Assembly: GCF_009914755.1 (NCBI RefSeq)
Contig: NC_060933.1
Direction: 5' to 3' (one strand)
DNA: 64,000 nucleotides
From: the human T2T-CHM13v2.0 reference genome, Homo sapiens
The position numbers were made by a program, and so were the translations under genes. The notes beneath the pieces were generated by a model, which saw nothing but the letters and a program-made list of their open reading frames with translations, ran no database searches and had not been told where the DNA came from. Below, piece by piece: positions 35,079 through 51,445 of the stretch (its first letter is position 1; the number at the start of each line of letters is the position of its first letter).

Positions 35079-36302
35079 TGGTTAGAAAGTGTTGACCTAT
35101 GTAAGTGCTTATCAACACACAGTTTTTATATATTTTTACGTAGTATAGAACAAATAAAAGCAATGTCATTGAGATTTCAGATACCTTAGAAACAATAAAT
35201 ATTTTGCCATTAATGACTATTTCCCTTCCCTTGATGGCTAAAACGTTTTGTTTTTGCTTCTCCCTACCTGCTTACTCAGAGTTTCAATCAAATGTTTGTA
35301 AATTAATTTTGCTTTAGTATGACACATGTAGTAACAGGCCTTTCCCCTTTGTAACTGAGTCCCAGGATTCACGGAGTTTGAGGATCTTGCCGTCTGGCTT
35401 CCTCCTTGCCTCAGACCCTGCCCTTTAGGGGTTACTGCCCTAAGAGGCTGAAAGTTTAGTAATGCCCCAGGGCCTCGTTGCAGGAGCTAGTCACTTTTGG
35501 CACTTTCTTGCTGTCAGACCGCAGGCTCTGGGAGCCAGTCTTCTTGGGACATGGCTTCATCCTGTGTCTCTGGCTTGAGCCCAACCTTTCAGGCCTGGGT
35601 TAGGGGTGAAGCCTTTTATCTGGCAGGTCCCACAGTCTGGCGCCTTTCCCAGCGTGGTGGAGTTGAGACCTTGCTGTCAGAGCCTGTTCAGAAGGAGAGA
35701 GGGAGAGACAAGACCTTCGCGTGAGGAGGAAAGAGTTTAAGTCCCGTCTGTGGAATCTGTTTCCCCTGGCTTGTTGAATTTTCTCAGCTGAACATGGCAG
35801 AAGTGGTTGATATTTGAATTAGAGGCTATGAAAGTGTCCTTGGGAAATGGGTGGGGCTGAGCCAGTGGTCTTCCCTTTTGCCTCTACCTCATGCTGACCA
35901 GGGGACAAGGCTCTGTCTCCTGGGTGTGGCCTGTCATTGGTCAGTCTGTGACCATACTGCTATTCTCCAAGGCATTCCTCAACAGAATGGGATCAGGCTT
36001 TTTCAGTCATTTCCCATTTTTAAAGGACATCTCCATGGCAGATGCCCCTACTCCCTCCCGGTGCCTGAATATTTGCCTGTCTAGCATGGGTAGGTGAACG
36101 TCAGCAGAACTCTTGAAGAATCACTAAAGGGATGTGCTTGTCCTAGCAGGAGAGCCTGTGACAATAAAAAAGCAGAGAATGTTCTGAGTCTCCTATATTA
36201 AAAAGGGAAAAGCTTAAGTGAGGTTTATTTCCACTAAAGGATAGCAACATAAGGCAGCTTGACCTTTAGTGTGACTGGAGCACCGTAAATGCTACTTCTA
36301 CT

Positions 36303-37065
36303 TTTTTTCTTTTTTTTAATTGTGGTGAAAAACACATAGCATAGATTTGCCCTCTGAATGTTTAAGTGTACACTTCATTATTGTTAACTGTATGCACAAT
36401 GCCATGACAGATCTCTAGAACTTTTCCATTTCACATGACTAAAATGCTGTGCTCATCAAACAACTCTGTTTCCCCCTGTGCCAGCCCCTGGCACCAACCT
36501 TTCTACTTTCTGTTTCTATGAGTTTAATTACATGTATGTGTCATAGAAATTTGGCTTTTTGTGATTGGCTTATTTCACTTAGCATAGTGTCTTCAAGTTT
36601 CCATTCTATTCATGTTGTAGCATGTGATAGAATTTCCTTTTTTGTAGGCTAGATAATAGTCCATTGTATGCATGTACCACATTTTCCTTAGGCATTCATC
36701 TGTTAATGGACTTTTAGGTTGCTTCTGCATGTTGGTCATTGTGAATAATTCTGTAGTGAACATGGGGATACAAATGTCTCTTCGAGTTCCTGTTTTTAGT
36801 TCTTTTGGGCATATACCCAGAAGTAGGTTCTTGAATCTCATGGTAGTTCTATTTCTTATTTTTTTGAGGAACCTCTATACTGTTTTCTGTAGCAGCTGCA
36901 CCATTTTACAGTTTCACCAACAACCCTCACCAATGTAGGGTTCCAGTTTCTCTACATGCTACCGATGCTTTGTTTTTTTGTTGTTGTTTGTTCTTGTTTT
37001 TTTTTAATAGTGGCCATCCTAATGAGTATGAGGTGATACTGTGGTTTTGATTTGGTTCTGCCTTT
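36303..37065 (-). mobile_element. L1MB-type 3' end
   Basis: T-rich tail, then TTGGCTTATTTCACTTAGCATAGTGTCTTCAAG...GGCATATACCCAGAAGTAGG. Confidence 0.85.
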
Positions 37066-37329
37066 TTAAACTCCAAATTCAGTCTCTGGTTACAGCTTTT
37101 CCCATAACCATTTTCAGGTGAGGTGCGTATGCTGCGTTGGTAACATAAATTTAACATTGTGAGAGCTTTTATCAGGCAGCAAATTGTAAAGCCCCTTCTA
37201 GGTCAGACAGTTGACCTCTGTAAAGCTTAAGTTAGGAACTTTTATGTTCTTAATAAAACACAAGAAAATATGGGAAATTTCCATTTGGCATGAGCCTTTC
37301 TGTTTTCTTGGTGGTGGTGGTGTGGGGGT

Positions 37330-37466
37330 GGTATAGGCTCTCCCTAAATTGCCCAGGCTGGAATGCAGTGGCTCTTCACAGGTGCAATCATAGCTCACTA
37401 CAGCCTCGAACTCCTGTCTCAGCTTCACAAGTACTGGGACTACAGGCATGAACCACCATACCCAGT
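37330..37466 (-). mobile_element. FAM-like fossil Alu monomer (7SL-derived)
   Basis: GCCCAGGCTGGAATGCAGTGGCTCTTCACAGGTGCAATCATAGCTCACTACAGCCTCGAACTCCTG. Confidence 0.7.
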
Positions 37467-37699
37467 TCCATTCTGCTTTAAACAGTGGAAAAAATACATG
37501 TATTTTTTAAATGGAAGGGTTGGTTATATCTTCAATGTGAAATCCTCTATGTGAAATCTAAATAAACTATTCCTGGAATATCCAGTGTCCTTTCCCCGTG
37601 ATGATAAACAAAGCCCAGAGCTGCCTCTCTTTAAAGATAGTAAGAAGCCTATGCATAAACAAAACTCTTAAAAATAAGATCATTTATTTTATTTTACTC

Positions 37700-38625
37700 A
37701 TCCGCTTAAACCCATCAATGACTTTTAACTTAGAAGAAAACCTAGTCTTCCTACTATGACCAACAGGACTAAGCAAATCTCATAACCTAGCCTCTGCTTA
37801 CCTCTCACTTCAGCCCAACCTGCTCTTTCCCTCTCTTAAAAACTCAGTAGCTGAAATATATGGAGCTCTTTCTGACCCCGAGCCTCCAGACCTTTTAAAG
37901 AAAAAAAAAGATTGTAATTTTGATGAAGACCGCATTGTCAATTTTTATTTCTATGGCTCTTACTTTTGGTATTATGTCTAGACCTCTCTAAGCCCTAGGT
38001 CTTAAAGATCTTCTAGGTTTTCTTAAGTTTTATAGTTTTTTTTTTAATTTTAGATTTAAGATTCATTTGGAATTAACTTTTGTATAAGACAGACGGTTAA
38101 GAAGATTCATTATTTTGACTATAGATACCAGATTGCTGTAGCACTGTTTGTTGAAAAGACTTTCCTTCCTTTTCTGAAAGAGTTTTTCTTTTCTGAAATG
38201 CCTTTGTCAAAAATCGCATAGGCACATCTGTGTGGGTCTATTTCTGGGCTGTATGCTGTTCCTGGGACCATTTTTACCTTCCACCTTTCCCCTAGTTAAC
38301 TCCTACTTATCCTTCAGGTCTTAGTTTCAATGTTGTTTCCGTGGAAAGACCCTTAAGGACCACCCATTCCTATACATCTGCATACCCTCAACTTCAGTCC
38401 TAAGGAAGGGTACCTCTGTTATTCTCACTCAACACCTGTTTTTTTCTCCTTCGTAGCATTTAGCATAATACGTGTATAACTTTTTTTGTTTGTGCACATA
38501 TAGTTCGTGCCTATAAGCCTCAAAAAGGCAAGAAGTGAGTTTATTTTGTTCACCACTGTAGTGCCCAGCACTGTGCCTATTACATGCTGAGTTCTCAGTG
38601 AATATTTTTGAATAAATGAGTGAAA
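37700..38625. mobile_element. L2 remnant interrupted by an old L1M fragment (~37905-38270)
   Basis: L2 end motif GTGCCCAGCACTGTGCCT...AATATTTTTGAATAAATGAGTGAA; L1 motif TTGTTGAAAAGACTTTCCTT. Confidence 0.6.
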
Positions 38626-38937
38626 CAAAGTTAGGCTTCCTGGGGGATGTTTTCTAAATCCCTAGGTATCATTTTCTTAAAATCAGAGGATATTCTTGGC
38701 TCTTGGAGCCTTAGGGCATAATTTTTTTCCCAGTTAACCCATCTTTGAAGATAGGGATTTTGAGAACTTTTGGCCTACCTCAGGGTCACCTAGCGGGTTA
38801 TCAAAATGCAGATTGCAGGGCCCCAAACCCAGAGTTCCTGCTTCAGTAGGTCTGGGATGGGCCCCAAAATTTGGATTTCTAACAAGTTCCCAGAAAATAA
38901 TGCTGATGCTGCTGTTCTGGGAACCCACTTTGAGAAC

Positions 38938-39283
38938 TGTATTAGTCTGTTCTTGTACTGCTATGAAGAACTACCTGAGACTGGGTAATTTATAAAGAAA
39001 AAAGGCTTAATCGACTCACAGTTCCACAGGCTGTAAAGAAGCATGGCTGGGAAGCGTCAGGAAACTTACAATCATGGTAGATGGCGAAGGGGAAGGTGGC
39101 ACGTCCTATGTGGTGGGAGCAGGAGAAAAAGAGGGAAGAAGGTAATGCTACGCACTTTCAAACAACCAGTTCTCGGGGGAAGTCCGCCCCCATGATCTAA
39201 TCACTTCCCACCAGGCCCCTCTTCCAGCACGGAGGATTATAACTCATAAGATTTGGGTGGGGACACAAATCCAAACCGTATCA
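38938..39283 (-). mobile_element. MSTA-like MaLR solo LTR inserted into the end of a MER5A (~38780-38937)
   Basis: TGTATTAGTC...CCAAACCGTATCA; TSD AGAAC/AGCAC. Confidence 0.85.
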
Positions 39284-40566
39284 AGCACTAGTGTTTTAAC
39301 GTTAAGAATCTGAAGAGGCCCGAGTCACTGAGCCGCCACTGCCAAGGACTCATCTCCCCCTTCTCCCGCCACCGCCCGCTTTTGCAGCCATTTCCACTGA
39401 GGAAAAACAATCGTATGTCCACAGTCCAGAACCTCCACTCTTTCCACCCCTTTGCTGATACAAGTAAGGGTGATACCTGTCCTGCTGGCACTGAGGATTA
39501 TATCCATATAAGAATTCATCCAACAGAGAAATGGCAGGAAGACCCTTACTACTGTCCAAGGGACTGCTGATGATTATGATAAAAAGAAACCAATGAAGGC
39601 ATTTAAAAAGAAATTTGCCTGCAATGATACTGTAATTGAGCATCCAGAATATGGAGGTCATTCAGCTACAGGGTGACCAGCACAAGAACATGTGCCAGTT
39701 CCTCTTAGAGATTGGAATAGCTAAGGACAACCAGCTAAATGTTGATGGGTTTTAAGTGCTGTGGCTCGCTGAAGCTTGAATGCGGTTTTCCTTGCAATGA
39801 GTAGAATTTCCTTTCTGTCCCTTGTCACAAGTTTAAAAACCTCACAGCTTTGTATAATGTAACCATTTGTGGTCTGCTTTTAACTTGACCTAGTGTAATT
39901 CCTTCATGCAGTAAACTTGAAAGAGCCATGCTGTCTAGTCTTGAAGTCCCTCATTTAAACAGAGGTCAAGCAGTAGGTGCCTGGCAGTGTCAAGCCTGAA
40001 ACAAAGCAATACTGTCATGTTTCAGCCACACCTAGAGCCCTAAGATCATAGACAACTACGTCTGGCCAGAAGCTCCTCCGCTCTCCCTCTGCAGAGTTCC
40101 CTGCCCTAAGAGACTGTCACCACCCGAACAATCCTCGGTGAATCTAAGAGGAGAGGATGGGGTAAGGCAGCAACAGCAACTCTACCACTGGAAGGGAGCC
40201 TTTGGTGGTCAAAGAAAGATCCCCTGGTGTCTATAACCTGACCAGGTGCAGAGTTTTAGAGAGGCCCCCTTCCCAATAGTGAGGTGATAGGACATCTGGC
40301 TTGCCACAAAGGTCTTTTTGACCAGACATGCCCTAGCTAAGGGATGTCCAAACACCAGAATGTGAGACCAACCTTCCATCAAAGTTAAACCTTTGACAGG
40401 GGAACAAATGTCAACACTGATGTACCAGTCATGTAGCTAGCTGTAGAGCTTGCAACTTAATGGCAACAGCTGTCCAATTTCATGGGAAGTAACCAACTGG
40501 TTTTGAGGTTTGTTTGTTTTTTTTCCCCTCCAGTTTTAATGTTATGTGTAATGTATTTAAACCCTT

Positions 40567-42418
<1,852 letters not shown>

Positions 42419-43399
42419 TAAAACTTGTTTTCAGAAAAAAATGGATCTGAGGATGTGTTACGTGTCCCCCTTTTACTTAGTGACAGTCCCAGGCACACTT
42501 GAGCTTGTCATTAACAATATTCATCAATTTAAGCGTTGATCAGAGAAGGTCATACAAGAATCCAATCTCAGTGGAATTAAAGGAAAAATTGTTGCTAAGC
42601 AGAAAATAAATGAGAACTGTACATTTAAAATAAATAAATGAACAGAAAGCCTTTCAAATCATACTAAACTAACTTATATCTGTGGCTACTACATTGTTGT
42701 TCTTTAATGCTTAAATAGGTAAAAGCACTGATGTTTTAGTTGAAACTACCAGCAGTAGGAATGCTTGCTCAGTAAGAGCAAGACCCCACTAACACAGTCA
42801 TATTTATAAAGTCAAGGTTTAGGTGTCTGCCAGGGTCTGTTTTCCCTAAATCTATTACAAACAAATGAAAGCAAATCGGTAAATACTGTTTTAATGTACC
42901 TATACCGAGTCATAAAATTATTTTCCTCCGAAGTCAGGAAGAAACATAAAGTTGGTTAACTGAAAAAGAGAAAGTTTAATCATTCTGATTTTCATTCTGA
43001 TGCTCTTCTTTAGACTATCTATTGCTGCTTTCTTTTGTAGCAGAACAGCTGATTTTCCGCCTAGGTTTTCATGATCTGATAAACCTTCACCATAGACAGC
43101 TTCTTGGAAAGAAACTTTGGAAGTGTCAGTTATCTTTAAATGTTCAGGAAGCTGTGTGGGTCTCAGACCCAGCTGGAGCAGAGCCAGCACGGGATTCTGA
43201 AAGCATTTGCAGGCTCTGAGATGGTTTTAACCTGTTCCTTGGCAGTGCAGCCCTTGTGTACACTCTTGGAAAGATACTAATGTTTACTTTCATGATGTAG
43301 AATGGATGAGCAGTGAAGGTTTCTAGGAAGGTTGAACACACTCATGCCCACTTTGGGACACAAGGAGGCAGATGCTCTCATGGGAACTCTTCAAATAAG

Positions 43400-43554
43400 G
43401 TCGTATGGTTTGGCTGTATCCTCACCCAGATCTCATCTTGAATTGTAGTTCTCATAATCTCGTGTGTTGTGGGAGGGACTCGATGGGAGGTAATTGAATC
43501 ATGGGGGCAGTTACCCTGATTCTGTTCTTGTAATAGTGAGTTTTCATGAGATCT
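43400..43554 (+). mobile_element. THE1/MST LTR 5' fragment
   Basis: TATGGTTTGGCTGTATCCTCACCCAGATCTCATCTTGAATTGTAG. Confidence 0.8.
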
Positions 43555-45337
43555 TTACACTTGATTAATGTTGACTGTAGTTGTCCTACTGATCTATCGA
43601 ACACCAAGTCTTATTTCTTCTAAGTGTATTTGTACCCATTAATCTACTGCTCTTCATTCCCCATCCCCGCTACCCTTCCCAGCCTCCGGTAACCACTAGT
43701 CTACTCTCTATCCTCATGAGATTCAGTTTTGTAGCTCCCACATATGAGTGAGAACATGCGACATTGTCTTTCTGTGCTTTGCTTGTTTCACTGAACATAA
43801 TGACCCCCAGTTTCATCCATCTTGCTCCAAATGACAGGATTTAATTCTTTTTATGGCTGGATAATATTCTATTGTGTATTTTTACCACACTTTCTTTTTA
43901 AATATTTATTATTATTTTGTAGAGACAGAGTCCTGCTATGTTGTCCAGGCTGGTCTCAAACTCCTGGACTCAAGCGATCCACCTGCCTTGGCCTCCACAT
44001 TTTCTTTATTCATCCATTGATGGACACTTAGGTTGATTCCATATTTTGTCTATTATGAATAGTGCTGCAATAAACATGCAAGTACAGATCTCTCTTCAAT
44101 ATATTGGTTTTCTTTCTTTTAGAGAAATACTCAGTAGTGGAATTGCTGGATCATATAGTATTCTACTTTTACATTTTTGAGGAACCTTTGAACTGTTTTC
44201 TATAGTGGCTGTACTAATTTACATTCCCACCAACAATGTGTGAGGATTTTTCTTTCTCTGCATCCTCACCAGCATGTTATTCCCTGTCTTTTTTGATGAA
44301 AGCTATTCTAATTGGGGTGAGATTATATCTCCTTGTGGTTTTGATTTGCATTTTCTGGATAATTACTGATGTTGAGCACTTCTTATACCCTTTGTTCATT
44401 TGTCCTCTGTTGAGAAATACCTGTTCAGGCCTTTTGCCCTTTTTAAAATCAGATTATTGACTTTTTGCTATTGAGTTGTTTGAGCTCCTTATATATTCTG
44501 GTTATTTATCTTGTCAGATGGGTAGTTTGCAAATACTTTCTCTCATTCTATGGGTTGTTTCTTCACCTTGTTTGAGTGTTTCCTTTGCTGTGCAGAAGCT
44601 TTTCAGCTTGATGTAATCCCATTTGTCCATTTTCGTTTTTGTTGCCTATGCTTTTGAGAACTTAAACAAAAAATTTTTGCCCAGACCAATGTCCTGGAGC
44701 ATTTCCCCAATGTTTTCTTTTATTAGTTTTATAATTTCAGGTGTTAGATTTAAGTCTAAATCCATTTGTATTTGATATTTGTACATGGTGAGAGATAGAG
44801 GTCTAGTTTCATTCTTCTACATACAGTTGTCCAGTTTTCCCAGTGCCATTTATTGAAGAGACTGTCCTTTCCCTGTTGCATATTGTTGGCACCTCTGTCA
44901 AAAATTAGTTGGCTGCAAATGGCATGGATTTATATCTGGGTTCACTATTCTGTTCAGTCGGTGTTTGTGTCTGTTTTTTATGCCAGTACCGTGCTGATCT
45001 GGCTACTATAGCCTTGTAGTATATTTTTAAGTCAAGTAGTGTGAGGCCTCCAGCTTTGCTCTTTTTGCTCAAGATTGCTTTGGTTAATTGTGGTTCCATA
45101 TAAAATTTAGGATTGTCTGCTCTGTTTCTATGGGGAATATTGTTGGTATTTTGATAGGGATTACATTGAATCAGTAAACTGCTTTGGGTAGGATTGTCAT
45201 TTTAACAATATTCTTTCAATCCATGAGCATGGAATAATATCTTCTCCATTTTTTGATTCATCTTCTATTTATTTAATCAGTTTTTTATAGTGATCCTTGT
45301 AAAGATCTTTCACAGCTTTGGTTAAATTGATTCTCAG

Positions 45338-45636
45338 GGGCCAGGCACAGTGGCTGACACCTGCAATCCCAACACTTCGAGAGGCCAAAGCGGGAGAATT
45401 GCTTGAGCCCAGGAGTTTCAGGCCAGCCTGGGCAGCATAGTGTGACCTCATCTCTAAAAAAAAATCAAAATATTAGCCAGACGTGGTGGCATGTGCCTGT
45501 GGTTGCAGCTACTTGGGAGGCTGAAGTCAGAGGATCGCTTGAGACCAAGAAATCAAGACTGCAGTGCTCACTGCATTGGTGACAGAGTGCAAACCTGGGT
45601 GACAGAGCAAAACCCTGTCTCAAAAAAAAAAACAAA
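45338..45636 (+). mobile_element. AluJ inside the L1
   Basis: Alu dimer. Confidence 0.88.
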
Positions 45637-47091
45637 ATATTCCTGGGTATTTTACATTCTGTGTAGATACAATAAATTAGATTACTTTCTTTCTTTTTCA
45701 GATTGTTCACTATTGGTATATATAAATGCTACTGAATTTTGTATGTTGGCTTTGTATCCTGCAGCTTTACTGAATTCACTTATTACTTCTAATAGTTTTT
45801 TGGTTTTTAAAAATAGAAGATCCTGTCGTTTACATTCAAAGCGAATTTGACTTCTTTCTTTCCAATATGAACACCTTTATTTTTTTTTCTTGACTAACTG
45901 GCCAGGACTTCCGCTTTATGTTGAATGAAAGTAGTGAAAGTGCACCCCCTTGTCTTGTTCCAGATCTTAGTGGAAAGCCTTTTAGGTTTTCCCTGTTTGG
46001 TATGATGTTGGCTGTGGATTTATCATATATGGCCTTTATTATTTTGAGGTATGTTTCCTCTGTACCCGGTTTGTTGAGGGTTTTTATCAAAAGGGATATT
46101 GAATTTTATTGAATACTTTTCAGCACTTATTGAAATGATCATATGGTTTTTGTTCTTGGTTCTGTTAATGTGTATCACATTTACTGATTTGCATATGCTG
46201 AACCATCTTTGCATCCCTGGGGTGAATCCCACTTGATAATGTTGAATGATCTTTTTAATATCTTGCTGAATTCAGTTTGTTAATATTTTTTGTTGAGGAT
46301 TTTTCTATCTGTGTTCATCAGTGAAATTAGCCTATTGTTGTCTTTTTTTTTTTTTTTTTTTTTTGGTGGCCTTATCTGGTTTTGGTATCAGGGTAATGCC
46401 CGCCTTGCCGGATGAGTTTGAGCATTCCTTCCTCTTCAATTTTTTTTTTTTGAAGACTTTGAGTAGAATTATTATAGTTCTTCTTGAAATGTTTAATAGA
46501 ATTAATCAGATCCTGGACTTTTCTCTGATAGGAGAGTTTTAATTATAGCTTTGATCTTATTACTTGCTATTGGTTTGTCGAGGTTTTCTCTTTCTTCGTG
46601 GTTCAATTTTGGTTGTATATGTCCAGGAATGTATCTTTGTCTTCTAGATTTTTCAATTTGTTGGCAATTGTCTCTAATGATTCTTTGTACTCCTATGGTC
46701 TCTGTTGTTTTGTATCTTTTTTGTTTCTGATTTTATTTATTTGGGTCCTCTCTTTTTAGTTAGTCTTGCTAAAGTTTTGTCAGTTTTTTTTTAACTAAAC
46801 TTTTGTTTTGTTGATCTTCAGTAATGTTTTAATCTCAATTTCATTTATTTTTGCTCTGATCTTTATTATTTCCTTTCTCCTAGTAAATTTGGGTTTGGCT
46901 TGGTCTTGCTTTTCTAGTTCCTTGAGATGCTCCATTATTAGTCCATTATTAGGTTGTCTTTTGGTAGTCTTTCAACTTTTTTGATGTAGATGTTTATTGC
47001 TATAAACCTCCCTCTTAGTACTGTGTTTACTGTATCCCATAGATTTGGATATGTTGTGTTTCTATTTTTATTTGTTTTGAGAAATTTTTAA

Positions 47092-47468
<377 letters not shown>

Positions 47469-48170
47469 AAAATTCCTCTTGTTATTGATATCTAGTTTTA
47501 TTCCATTGTGGTCAGAAAGGATACTTGATATGATTTCTACTTTTAAAAATTTGTTGAGACTTGTTTTGTGGCCTAAAATATGGTTTATTCTGGGGAATGT
47601 TCCATGTACTGATGAAACGTGTATTCTGAATAGTTGAGTGAAGTGTGTTTTATAAATATCAGTTGGACCTATTTGGACTGATGTGTAGTTTGATACAATG
47701 GTTTCTTTGTTAATTTTCTGTCTAGATGATCTGTTCATTGGTGAAAATGGGGTATTTGACGTCCTCCACTATTATTGTATTATAATCTCTCTCTCTCTCT
47801 CTTTGTATCTATTAATGTTTGCTTTATATACTTGGGAGCTGAATTTCAGTCCATCAAATGTATTAATCAGTTCTAAGATTTCTGTTTGATTTTTTGAATA
47901 AAGTCTCTTTGTTAAATTTCTCTGATAAATTTCTGAATGGAGAATTACCGTTTTGTTTCTTGTTTTCTGGTTGTTTTGTAACTCTTCTCCTCCTTTCTTC
48001 CTGTCATCCTTTATGGTTAAGTGACTTTCTCTGGTACTATGTTTTAATTTGTTGGGGTTTTTTTTAGTGTGTTTATCATAGGTTTTTACATTGTGGTTAC
48101 CATGAGGCTTATAGAAAACATCTTATAGATAAAACAAGTTATTTTAAAGAGATGACAGCTTATCTTAGAT

Positions 48171-48476
48171 AAGCAGTCCCCAGTCTGTTTTGGCGCCAGG
48201 GACCAGTTTCATGGAAGACATTTTTTCCATAGATCAGGCAGTGGGGATGGTTTTGGGATGAAACTGTTCTACCTCAGATCATCAGGCATTAGATCCTCAT
48301 AAGGAACGCTCAACCTAGATCCTTCGCCCTTGCAGTTCACAATAGGGTTTGCACTCTTATGAGAATCTATGCTGCTAATGATCTGACAGGAGGTGGAGCA
48401 GGCAGTGCTGTGTGACCTGGTTCCTAACATGCCACGGACCAGTACTGGTCCATGGCTCAGGAGTTGGAGATCCCTG
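48171..48476. mobile_element. MER1B-like hAT-Charlie element
   Basis: GCCACGGACCAGTACTGGTCCATGG palindrome; perfect 8-bp TSD TCTTAGAT (48163-48170, 48477-48484). Confidence 0.88.
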
Positions 48477-50802
48477 TCTTAGATCACAAAAAAAAGAATA
48501 AATAAAAAACTTTAAAACAACCCTCCATCTTTAATTCCATCCCCTGACATTTTGACTTTTGTGGGTCTGAATTTACATATTTTGATATTGCCTATCTCTT
48601 AACAGATTGCTGTAGCTGTTAGGGTTTTTGATAGATTTGTCTTCTAGGTGTCATACTAGAATTATGGGTAACTTATGGGTGGACTGCACATGACAATTAC
48701 AGTATTTGAATATTCTGGGGGTTTCTATACTTGATGTTACCTGTAGGTTTTATACCTTCAAATGTTTTCTTTTTGCACATTAATGTTTTTTCATTTCAGA
48801 TTGAAGAACCATCTTTAACATTTCTTGTAAGACAGATCTAGTAGTGGTAAATTCTCTTAGCTTTTGTTTGTCAGAAAAAGACTATCTCTCCTTCATACTT
48901 GAAGGATATTTCTGCTGTTTGCTGGATAAAGTATTTGAGGATAGCAGGGTTTTTTGGGGTTTTTTTCTTTCAGCACTTTGAAAATATCATTCCACTTCCT
49001 CCTGACTTACGGTTTCCATTGAGAAGTGTGTTGCCAACTGAAGTGGAGTTTCTTTGTATGTTATATCCTCCTTTTTTCTTGCTGCTTTTAGTATCCTCTT
49101 TTTGTCCTTGACCTTTGAGAGTTTTATTATTATATGCCTTGGGTGTAGTTTTATTTGGGTCAAATCTGTTTAGTGTTTTCTGACCTTCCTCTACCTGGAT
49201 ATTTTTCTCATATTTTGGAAAGTTTTCTGTTATTATTTATTGAGTAAGCTTTTTTCTACCCCTCACTCTTGCTCAACTTTCTCTTGAACACCAGTAATTC
49301 TTAGATTTGGTCTTTTAAGGTAATTTTCTATATCTTGTAGGCAATCTTTGTATAATATATTTCCATTCATTTTACTTTTTCTCCTCTATGTAATTTCAAA
49401 GAGCCTGTCTTTGGGCTGACTGATTCTTTCCTCTGCTTGATGCATTCTGCTGTTGAGAGCCTCCAATAAATTTTTCAGTTAGCAAATATATTTTTCAATT
49501 TCAAGATTCGTTTGATTTTTTATCACTTCAATCTCTGTTAAATTCCTCTGATAAGTTTCTGAATTGCTTTTCTTTGTTGTCTTGGAGATCCCTGAGTTTC
49601 TGTGAAACTGCTATTTTGAATTCTTGGTCAGAGAGCTCATGAATCACCATCTCATTAGGGTCAGTCACTGGTTCCTTGCTTTATACATTTGGGGAGGTCA
49701 TGGTTCCATGTTCTTATGGATATATGTCTGTGTCTTTGCATTAAAGGATTTATTATTTATTCCAATCTTCTCTGTCTAGTCTGTTTTGGTTTTTACTGGT
49801 ATGTTTGCTTAGAGATTATTTGTAATTTAGCTGTTGAATTTCTTACACATTTTTCCCGCTAGGTCACTGCCTCTTTTTCAGCACTAAATGGTACTTAAAA
49901 CCCAGGTTTGCCTCTGTTCTTCTAGCAAAGGATCAGAGGATTGCCTGGCTGGAATGGGGGAGGTTGCAAAGGAGCTATCCCTGTGGTATGGAAAGGCTGG
50001 CTAGGAGTTCATGCCCAAGAGACCTGTGGAATCTACCTCCTACAGCATAGTGCTGCCGAACACCCACTCTGATTTGGCGTCTCCTTTGGTTGAGTTACAG
50101 AGCGGAGCTTCCAGGGCTGGAGATGGTAATCCTGCCTCCTTCCTTTGTGTCCGGCTGTCCACAGGGTGGTATCTCCCTTCAGGCACTCCTGATGCTTCTC
50201 ATGGGTTGAGGCATGGATAGGTCTCCTGCCAAAGAAGCCAAGATGGTAGGCAAGTTGTGTGTCCAACTTAATCTCACTTTTTCCAGTGTAGAATCTGAGT
50301 TGGGGGAAGTTTTACATGTGCTTGATACCAAGCAGATTGGGGGAAGGGTGTCACAGATATGAAAATCTGATTCTCTTACTGTCTGCTGGAGTTTTTTTTT
50401 TGTTTTTGTTTTTTTTTACTTCTCAGTGGCCCCAGGAACTGACCGATTCTCTTTCATGAGTTCTGAGAGATTGCTGGTGATAATCTCGATGATGTATATT
50501 TATTTTGGTTATTCTGTGGGGAGAAGTGAAGCCAGCTTTCATCTACATTTTTAAAGTATAATTCTTATTTTGAGTGGCAAGAATCTGATTCCAGTATCCT
50601 GCCTTAGTTTTTATGCATTTTTGAAATTCCTACCATTGCATTTAGAACCTTCTACCTGGTGGAGTTTTTTTTTTGTTTGTTTTTTGTTTTTCAGTTTTGG
50701 AAGTATTTGATTTTTTGAAACAGTTGACATTCATATAAAGAACAAGGTTGATAATCAAGCCTGCTCTACTAATTCTGTGCAGTCTAGAAAAGAGTGTACT
50801 GG

Positions 50803-51123
<321 letters not shown>

Positions 51124-51219
51124 TTAAGTACTGAGAAGCATTTCCTGTGTGTCATGTAAGTACTTCAGGCTCTTAAATGTGTTACTCCAAGGAATAAGGT
51201 TGCAAATACAGTTGCTCTA

Positions 51220-51445
<226 letters not shown>

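Noticed and set aside
42918-43341. ORFs in unique sequence as a possible second pseudogene
   Set aside because: No recognisable homology, poly(A) or TSD.
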